From positions 1-53,238 of the forward strand of contig RDNZ01000017.1 in the NCBI GenBank assembly GCA_011364905.1: a DNA stretch of 53,238 nt, read 5' to 3'. The position numbers and the translations under genes are program-made. Positions 47,051 through 53,238 of the stretch are shown here, in pieces. Source of the DNA: Candidatus Thorarchaeota archaeon (GTDB lineage: Archaea; Asgardarchaeota; Thorarchaeia; Thorarchaeales; Thorarchaeaceae). Position 1 is the first letter of the stretch; the number at the start of each line of letters is the position of its first letter. The notes below the pieces were generated by a model that was not told where the DNA came from, did no database searches, and was given only the letters and a program-made list of their open reading frames with translations.

Positions 47051-48913
47051 CTATTCAGTGGGGAAGAATTCGAATGTGCTCTCTTCGGGTGGAAGATTGA
47101 GATGCTGAGGACAAGAATCTTTCATCTTGTGCCTGCAGTCCTTTCCAGCCTCACACTTCGCCAGCATCTGATAGCGCGGATAGTATTGCACGAAGTGTGT
47201 GACCTCAACATCTAGCTTTGAGAGACTGGCAACTGCAATAGCTGTCTGCATTGCGCCAATGGTCCCAATTGTAGACACAATTGAGGGAATTGGAATCTTG
47301 CCTGTACAACTGACGACCTCTCTCTGTTCCTTAGTTTCCTCCCCATACCGACATACGTAGCAGTCTGCATCAGGCATGAACAAGTCAACTTTCCCCTCGA
47401 ACCTCTCTGCTCCAGCACTGATGACCGGTATCTTCAGAAGCTTACCTAGGAGAGTCGAAACGTAACGCGTTCTTATGTTATCAGGTCCGCATATGAGGAG
47501 GTCCGATTGCGAAAGGGAATGCGCCAAAACTGATTCCTCTCGGAGGATGTCAAGTGGAATCTCGATACCATCTATGACCTGAGTCTTGCCCACGCCCTCA
47601 CTCTTCTTTTTCTCATACTCGTCCAAAGGCATAAAGTCCTTCATGACAATGGCATTTGCGGTTCCTATTTCAGTTTGCCAGGGCAAAGATACTACCTTGT
47701 TTGTGGGATTGATTTCGAGAAGTTTTTTCCGTGCAGCAATTGCTTTAGGTTTGCCTATTGAGTCTCGGTTGAAAAGGATTTGACGATTGAGATTATGCTC
47801 CTCCACCTCGGCATCATGATCGTTGAGAACAAGTGTGCAGTTCTCTGTGTTTGAAACACTGAATAAAGCAGTACTCCACGAACCAATGCCTCCCACTCCG
47901 AGGAAGTACACCGTCTTGTCAGTGAGCGATGTCGGTATTTTCACATCTCTGTCCTTGATGTATATCATATCCTCTCTCTGTTCGACTTTGGTTTCTGCTA
48001 ATGGAGAGAATAGAAGCGAAATAGTTGGTCTGAACATGTCGGGAGGGACATCATCTAGAATCTCTATCTGGTCTGTCAGCATTCGTGTGAGATAAGAGCC
48101 ACTAGGGAAGCCACACTTCAGTATAATTCGATCCGGATCCACTTCGACTGTTTCTTCTACTTTCCCCCCAACATAGCGCGTAGTTGTGGTGGTGAACTCC
48201 TCTATTTGCGTGTTTAGTATTTCCCCACCAATTTTCATCCTGACCTTGAAAGGTAGACTTTCTCGTTTTTTCTGCGAGTCCCTGACTTTCTGCAGGATTC
48301 CCCGTTGCTGAATCACACATCTCAGATTCAAGTCCCTCTGAAGTAGCTCCGATGGACGGATCAGCATATTTCGCCGCATGATTTCCGTCACAGCAAACCC
48401 AGCAGCCACTGCAGCCAAAGATGGAGTGAGGACATCAAACTCATGAGGTTCGATGACTGCTTGTCGAGTACCCATATAGGCTGCAGTCTTAGAACAGACA
48501 GCCCAAATTGGAGCTTCAGTTTCTGGCAGAATGAGAGAGTTAGTAGGGTCGCTGTTTGCACTTCCGGTTGCCACAACAGCATCATAGTTGTATGAATCAA
48601 GATCATCAATCCCGATTACAGCGATGTCCGATGCAATCTCACTCTTCACATGATCTCTGATTGCTTCCCAAAGTGGCCGTCCAACATCCTCTTTTTTCAA
48701 GAGGAGCTGACCTTTCACATCTTCCTCTCTGACTTTACGTTTCTTATAAAAGCCAATGAATCCTTGGGACGTTCCAAATCCAAGAAATGCAAGGTGTGTG
48801 ACCAAATAGCTGATCACTGGACCGGACCCCCCAATGAAAACTCGCATGTCCTCGATTCGTTCTTGGTACACCAGACCGACTTGTCGGTCAACACGCTCTG
48901 AGTATTTCACCAT
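47051..48913 (-). CDS. E1-like ubiquitin-activating enzyme with tandem ThiF/MoeB domains (degenerate N-terminal, active C-terminal)
   Basis: N-domain RVDRQ...RVFIGGSG...LAFLGFG. C-domain FLGVGGIGS, DHDAEVEEHNLNRQILF, GKPKA, PDNIRTR, CYVC, VSC and a C-terminal Cys/His cluster. ATG 48913 follows GAGGAG. Confidence 0.92.
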   Translation of the reverse strand: MVKYSERVDRQVGLVYQERIEDMRVFIGGSGPVISYLVTHLAFLGFGTSQGFIGFYKKRKVREEDVKGQLLLKKEDVGRPLWEAIRDHVKSEIASDIAVIGIDDLDSYNYDAVVATGSANSDPTNSLILPETEAPIWAVCSKTAAYMGTRQAVIEPHEFDVLTPSLAAVAAGFAVTEIMRRNMLIRPSELLQRDLNLRCVIQQRGILQKVRDSQKKRESLPFKVRMKIGGEILNTQIEEFTTTTTRYVGGKVEETVEVDPDRIILKCGFPSGSYLTRMLTDQIEILDDVPPDMFRPTISLLFSPLAETKVEQREDMIYIKDRDVKIPTSLTDKTVYFLGVGGIGSWSTALFSVSNTENCTLVLNDHDAEVEEHNLNRQILFNRDSIGKPKAIAARKKLLEINPTNKVVSLPWQTEIGTANAIVMKDFMPLDEYEKKKSEGVGKTQVIDGIEIPLDILREESVLAHSLSQSDLLICGPDNIRTRYVSTLLGKLLKIPVISAGAERFEGKVDLFMPDADCYVCRYGEETKEQREVVSCTGKIPIPSIVSTIGTIGAMQTAIAVASLSKLDVEVTHFVQYYPRYQMLAKCEAGKDCRHKMKDSCPQHLNLPPEESTFEFFPTE

Positions 48914-48987
48914 TTGAATAATATCTCCTCTACCATGATGCTTCGTAATTGCAGCCAGCAATGATTGTTATATGTCAAATTCATCCT

Positions 48988-49377
48988 TCATTTTCTTGCT
49001 GGGCTGTTGAAGTTCTCATTGTTCAGAATTCTCTTCACACCCTGAAGGAACGCCATGATATGACGGTATTTCTGGAGCTCATCTCTGAGGTTTCCCAGGC
49101 ACATGAAAGGATACTCCTTATTGAGCTTCGGACAGAGTTTCGGATGAAAGATGTTAATGTGCCTAATGTCCTTGTCCTCAATATTCAGGATGAAGATATC
49201 TGGCATTATGTTGGGGTAGTTTGAAAGGTCGATGAACGTATGATATGGTATCTTTGTTTTGTCGCCTTTTCCGACTACACCATCGATTACAACAGTGACA
49301 GCAAACACAAATTCACCTGATTGAGCCACAGGTTTGAGCGTGGGAAAGAGATCCTTTGCTTCTTCTAGCTGAGCCAT
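48988..49377 (-). CDS. UBC-like E2 ubiquitin-conjugating enzyme homologue
   Basis: YPNIMPDIFI (cf. YPxxPPxVxF), HINI (cf. HPNI), FMCL (cf. ICL; Cys93) and C-terminal NENFNSPA (cf. PNxxSPA). Sits between the Ubl and E1 genes. Confidence 0.8.
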   Translation of the reverse strand: MAQLEEAKDLFPTLKPVAQSGEFVFAVTVVIDGVVGKGDKTKIPYHTFIDLSNYPNIMPDIFILNIEDKDIRHINIFHPKLCPKLNKEYPFMCLGNLRDELQKYRHIMAFLQGVKRILNNENFNSPARK

Positions 49378-49441
49378 GTGAATAGGAGAAATCCCAGTTC
49401 ACTCCTGAACCTCTAGGTGCAATGAAGGTAAGAGAAACCGA

Positions 49442-49681
49442 TCAAGCTCCACCAGCAATGTCCTGGCCGGGAGTGATATGAGCTACGCACTCACGTTCCC
49501 CGATAGGAAGATCGGTAATATCGTTACCATCTGTATCTAAAACAGTCCACATCACTTCTGGCGGTGCAAGAGAATAGCTCCTAACCAACTCACCATAAGT
49601 GATGTTCTTGTCAGATGCAATTACAACGTTTCGACGCCCATTAAGGGTGTTAATTACCTGAATTTCTGTTTCCTCGGTCAT
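49442..49681 (-). CDS. ubiquitin-like (beta-grasp) protein precursor ending in Gly-Gly-Ala
   Basis: 79 aa with a beta-beta-alpha-beta pattern (IQVIN, NVVIA, TYGELVRSY, WTVLD, VAHIT), C-terminus IAGGA*, and first position in the E2/E1/JAMM cluster. Confidence 0.82.
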   Translation of the reverse strand: MTEETEIQVINTLNGRRNVVIASDKNITYGELVRSYSLAPPEVMWTVLDTDGNDITDLPIGERECVAHITPGQDIAGGA

Positions 49682-49719
49682 AACGAGACCCCTTCCGTTA
49701 CCTTGCCTTACGGGCTGTA

Positions 49720-49732
49720 CCTATTAAAGCTT
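49720..49732 (-). promoter_or_regulatory. TATA-like box upstream of the Ubl cluster
   Basis: Minus strand AAGCTTTAATAGG about 40 nt upstream of the Ubl ATG. Confidence 0.4.
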
Positions 49733-50109
49733 GTCTTGTTTTGTTCCGTCAGTTGTCAGAATCTTCGTATCCGAGTATGCATCATAAACGCAAAAATCCG
49801 AACCATTTGATTCCATTTTAGACGGATTGCATAGCATGACTGGTCAGAAAAGGCACCGCAGAGTACACATCAATAGATATTGAAATTTGTATCGCCAAAA
49901 CTCGGTGTTTGAAAATTGGCATTCGCTAAACTTAGGAAAAAAGTGAAACCTGAACCAGATCTGAAGGAGTATCAGCAACTGAAGGCGCATATGCGGACGG
50001 AAGTCTACAGAGCCTCCTTCCAGAGGTAAACACGATGTCATTCATCTCTAAGGAGAAAGTATTGGAAACCCTAACGGTCGTGTGCAAAGCACGGCCGTCC
50101 CCTTCTTTT

Positions 50110-50619
50110 TTATTTGTCAGATTTTAGCAATCTCAGAAACAGCTTGTTGTTCCTCAATGAATCAAGGTCGGAGTCGTTTCGAGCCCATTCCTTGATGGAT
50201 CCATCCTCCTGAAACGCGCTATCGAGATATTGTAGTGCGTCCTCATGTCGCCCCGCGACACAGTTGTAACACCCAAGATTATAGAGAGCAGATCCAATTT
50301 CATTAGGTTTCGTTGTAAGTTTGGTGGCTTTTAGTGTCACTTCAATTGCATCATCAAGTTGATTTAGTTCTTTTTTCACATAGCCAAGGCTGAGCCAAAG
50401 CCAGAAACCGTTTGGATTCAGTTTTGTTGCAGTTTCAAACGCAGAAGCGGCTTCACTGAAGTTCTGGTTTGCAACAAGAACGTGACCAAGTTGATCCCAT
50501 AACTCCCAAGCATCCTCATTGTCACTTATCGCTAGTCGTGCTAAACGTTCAGCCTCATCAAATCGCTTCTCTTTTCGCAGTTCCACGATTCTCTCGGTCA
50601 TCGTTTCAACTTGTGACAT
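50110..50619 (-). CDS. TPR protein
   Basis: LWDQLG...A..AF..A..LNP, ALYNLGCY and WARNDSDLDSLR terminal motif. Confidence 0.9.
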   Translation of the reverse strand: MSQVETMTERIVELRKEKRFDEAERLARLAISDNEDAWELWDQLGHVLVANQNFSEAASAFETATKLNPNGFWLWLSLGYVKKELNQLDDAIEVTLKATKLTTKPNEIGSALYNLGCYNCVAGRHEDALQYLDSAFQEDGSIKEWARNDSDLDSLRNNKLFLRLLKSDK

Positions 50620-50723
50620 CCAAGATCAGCTACCTGATTGTCATTTACAAAAATTATATTACTTAACCATGGTTAAAGGATTTTGCCAACAAGCACTTTT
50701 TGAAGTAGGAGACTGTATTAGCA

Positions 50724-51584
50724 ATGAAGACCCCCGAACTAAAAGCTGCCATATTGAGACTTGCTGGGAAGCGAGAGTTCTATGGATATGAGATGCATAA
50801 AGAACTGGAAGAGAAGAAAATCAAAATTGGAATTGGTCGTCTCTACTCCATACTATCTGAAATGAACGAAGAGAGCCTTTTGAAGGATAGATGGGAAAAG
50901 AGCCAGTCTGGTCCGGAAAGGAGAATCTATAGAATTGATAAAAAGGGAGAGATAGCGCGTGAAAAGATCCTCAAGGAAGCAATTAGAACTGTCCATGAAT
51001 TCTACATCGAATATCTTCGGGATCTGCCTCCAGAGAGTAGCGCATTTAAAATCGTAAGTGGAATTCTAACGAGAGGAATTCCCAAAAATGCAAACGTGGC
51101 TTATGTAGCAACAATGTTCAGTGGACCATTGAGGAGCATTATTACTCAAATGAGGGAAGATATCTCAGGTGGGAGAATCTATGCGATCTCAGAGTCGACG
51201 AAATCTACTGAACTCAGACTTGAGGACGTGTCTACTATTGAAGGGGTTTTTGATGATATTCCGATGAAGGATGAGTACCTAGATCTTCTCGTTATCTCGG
51301 GAAACATAGACAGTGAATGCTTAGAGCGATGTTTATCGGAATGGAAGAGAGTATTATCGAAAAACGGAACTCTCGCGATTGTTACACCCACAGCGACTAT
51401 CACAACTTACAAAGATCCGCTTGGAATTGGAGAGTTCGTTGAGCAGAGAGAGCATCCGAGAATTAATGGTGAAGGAATGTTGGATTCAGAAACTCTTTTA
51501 GCTGAAATGAGGCGACACTTTGAAAGCGTGGATGAACAGAAAGTTGTCCATATATCTGTCCTATTGGGGACAAAGCATGTTTAA
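50724..51584 (+). CDS. PadR-family winged-helix regulator fused to a methyltransferase-like domain
   Basis: YGYEM, GRLYSILSEM...LL, GPERRIYRI..KG. C-terminal IPMKDEYLDLLV and LSEWKRVLSKNGTLAI. Confidence 0.85.
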   Translation: MKTPELKAAILRLAGKREFYGYEMHKELEEKKIKIGIGRLYSILSEMNEESLLKDRWEKSQSGPERRIYRIDKKGEIAREKILKEAIRTVHEFYIEYLRDLPPESSAFKIVSGILTRGIPKNANVAYVATMFSGPLRSIITQMREDISGGRIYAISESTKSTELRLEDVSTIEGVFDDIPMKDEYLDLLVISGNIDSECLERCLSEWKRVLSKNGTLAIVTPTATITTYKDPLGIGEFVEQREHPRINGEGMLDSETLLAEMRRHFESVDEQKVVHISVLLGTKHV

Positions 51585-51931
51585 GCTATATCGAAAAGTG
51601 ACTTTACCGAACTAGCGATAGCAGTTTATATTCTCACAAATCGGTTGTAGAACTTGAGAGTTTATTCATCTGTTGGCGAATTAAGCTCTCCTCCTACTTC
51701 AGACTTAAGGTAGTGTAGTACACCTTTGGGAGGAGGCACTGGTCCTGCTTCCTCCATCTTCCTACTTTTAACATCAATTATCAAAATATTGGACAAATCA
51801 GTGGGAACTTCGTTTAATCTTTGCTGCTCCCAGATATTTGGATTCATCTAGTTGAAATAGCATTGTCAAAGTCAAACACAACTTTTTCTAAAACTTGGAA
51901 GAATCGATGAGAGGACTTCACATTCCAAATC

Positions 51932-51971
51932 AAAAAGAGGAGTTAGCTGGCAATTGCCAACTAACTCACTC
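51932..51971 (-). terminator. strong hairpin plus U-tract downstream of the MBL gene
   Basis: 28-bp near-palindrome at 51940-51967 (minus strand GAGTTAGTTGGC-AATT-GCCAGCTAACTC) followed by CTCTTTTT. Confidence 0.65.
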
Positions 51972-51989
51972 ATTGACCACAAACAGAGG

Positions 51990-52790
51990 TCAATATTCAA
52001 AGGTATAGGAGTGCCAGTAGTGCAGCCACATTGGTGTGCAATCTGAACAAGCCTGAATCTCATTGGTATAATTAAGGACAAATATCTCAGCACTGAGACT
52101 GTATTCGAAATGGATAGGAATGAAATAATCCGGCTGCAATTTTGCAACGGCATCAACGATTTCCATACCAGACATTGATTGACAACCAGGACCAAGTGGA
52201 AGCAACGCCACATCTATTTGACCAGAGATCTGTTCATACTCAGTTATGTTCTTGGAATCACCGGCATGGAAAATCTTGAAACCGCCGATATCAATGATGT
52301 AACTTGTCCAGTTTGCCTCAGATGGGTGGCTTGCGAAGCATTCACCATCAATCCAGATTTCAGTATACATATAGTAAGCAGTGATGGTAATCTCTCCAAC
52401 CTGAACACTGTCAAGAGGATTAACTCCCACTGCGTTGTGAGCAGAAACCTCAGTGGTCATATTCTTAGGCATTATGTTCACTGTGTTTTCCTTTTGCAGC
52501 ATGTCAATACATGCGCTGTTGTAATGGTCTCCATGGGGGTGTGTGATCAGGACAGCGTCAGCAGGTAACGAAGAATAGTTCGAGGGCAGACTTATTGGAT
52601 CTACATAGATGCGCATCCCATTAGCCTCAATCATTACTCCAGCATTATAAAGAAGAGTAAGCGTGACTGAACCAGTAGTGGATGATGGAGGAGGATTGAG
52701 CAGCATATAACCAGCAACAACTCCGCCGCCCATGACAACAACCAAGATAGCCACAACAGCAATTGTTTGGGTTTTACCTGTTGGACTCAT
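51990..52790 (-). CDS. membrane-anchored MBL-fold metallo-hydrolase (UlaG-like)
   Basis: N-terminal TM, IYVDP, LITHPHGDH, FHAGD and IPIHF. Confidence 0.92.
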   Translation of the reverse strand: MSPTGKTQTIAVVAILVVVMGGGVVAGYMLLNPPPSSTTGSVTLTLLYNAGVMIEANGMRIYVDPISLPSNYSSLPADAVLITHPHGDHYNSACIDMLQKENTVNIMPKNMTTEVSAHNAVGVNPLDSVQVGEITITAYYMYTEIWIDGECFASHPSEANWTSYIIDIGGFKIFHAGDSKNITEYEQISGQIDVALLPLGPGCQSMSGMEIVDAVAKLQPDYFIPIHFEYSLSAEIFVLNYTNEIQACSDCTPMWLHYWHSYTFEY

Positions 52791-52935
52791 GTTTCCAAGT
52801 TGAATTAGATTTGTTTTATTTAAGGTGAGGTTCTACGCAGCTTCTTGCCCTTATTTATAAGACTTGGAGAAACCGCATCAAAGACAACCAGAATTGATAC
52901 TAGAGGGAGTTGAATTAGTGAATTTGGGGAGCATT

Positions 52936-53118
52936 ATGTACGGATTCCTTTACTTTATTTGTGAGATTCTGATTGTTTGTTTTGTAGTAGTTCAATGGAC
53001 TAGTAAAAGAGAAAAGAGCCAAGAAAGAGCCGAATACGGACTCATTTTGGTCCAATTTCGTGTGAAGCACCAAGCTTATGACAGAACAGCAGGTCCTTCA
53101 ACTTGGTTATTCCAATGA
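52936..53118 (+). CDS. possible small membrane protein
   Basis: Hydrophobic N-terminus. Its TGA overlaps the next ATG (ATGA). Confidence 0.3.
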   Translation: MYGFLYFICEILIVCFVVVQWTSKREKSQERAEYGLILVQFRVKHQAYDRTAGPSTWLFQ

Positions 53119-53238
53119 CTTCCAACGAAGCATTTGAACGTGGGAGAGAGGAGATGCAGTCAGGCAGACTTGAGAAAGCGATTGAAGCCTTTGATGAATC
53201 AACGAGCCAGTCACCTTCCTCATTCGATGCATGGTGGG
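53115..53238 (+). CDS. TPR protein, 3'-truncated by the window edge (not in ORF track)
   Basis: MTSNEAFERGREEMQSGRLEKAIEAFDESTSQSPSSFDAWW..., a TPR-like repeat. Confidence 0.7.
   Translation, partial: MTSNEAFERGREEMQSGRLEKAIEAFDESTSQSPSSFDAWW

Noticed and set aside
47049-47057. E1-JAMM fusion through frameshift or readthrough
   Set aside because: The JAMM frame has a TGA at 47055-47057 immediately before the E1 stop, there is no slippery sequence, and TAG readthrough would stay in the wrong frame.
47051-49681. Ordinary ThiF/MoeB-ThiS/MoaD sulfur-transfer operon
   Set aside because: There is an intervening E2-like gene, a tandem-domain E1 and a capped GG, and no thiamine, molybdopterin or rhodanese genes nearby.
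49844-50041. 65-aa ORF upstream of the Ubl gene
   Set aside because: No recognisable motif and atypical composition, so it cannot be supported.
51662-51847. 61-aa minus-strand ORF
   Set aside because: Possibly a gene remnant, but there is no motif or clear ribosome-binding site.
1-53238. Numerous short antisense or alternate-frame ORFs in the track; tRNA/rRNA genes; transposases or integrases
   Set aside because: The short ORFs are shadows of well-supported genes. No RNA-gene or mobile-element signatures were recognised by eye; tRNAscan-SE and Infernal would be needed to exclude them.

Overview
This is a gene-dense archaeal-type window. It is most consistent with an Asgard archaeon, probably Thorarchaeota-like; this is an inference from the TPR paralogue family, the giant acidic surface proteins, GAGGTG/GGAGG ribosome-binding sites with frequent GTG/TTG starts, and TATA-like promoters. 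The left third holds metabolic and housekeeping genes: a degenerate LarA homologue, DedA/VTT, a Vps62-like-motif protein, a thiolase-DUF35 pair, acyl-CoA dehydrogenase, nitroreductase, a LeuA/homocitrate synthase-family enzyme, a methyltransferase, gamma-CA, OsmC, and a TPR gene bracketed by a 36-bp direct repeat. The middle holds a ~2500-aa FG-GAP/Ig/7TM surface protein, a vWA protein, nadE, a three-gene PAS/GAF two-component phosphorelay, and a 3889-aa SBBP-propeller/Ca-repeat receptor-like protein. The standout is a compact minus-strand ubiquitin-like conjugation cluster at ~44.7-49.7 kb. It encodes a Ubl ending in GG-A, a UBC-like E2, a tandem-ThiF pseudodimeric (UBA1-like) E1 and an Rpn11/AMSH-like JAMM protease, followed by a transglutaminase-like Cys-His-Asp enzyme. 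The ORF track misses the catalytic N-half of the JAMM protease, which seems to need a non-canonical ATA/ATT start. No RING E3, rRNA, tRNA, CRISPR array or transposase was recognised. All family assignments are by-eye motif recognition, not database searches.
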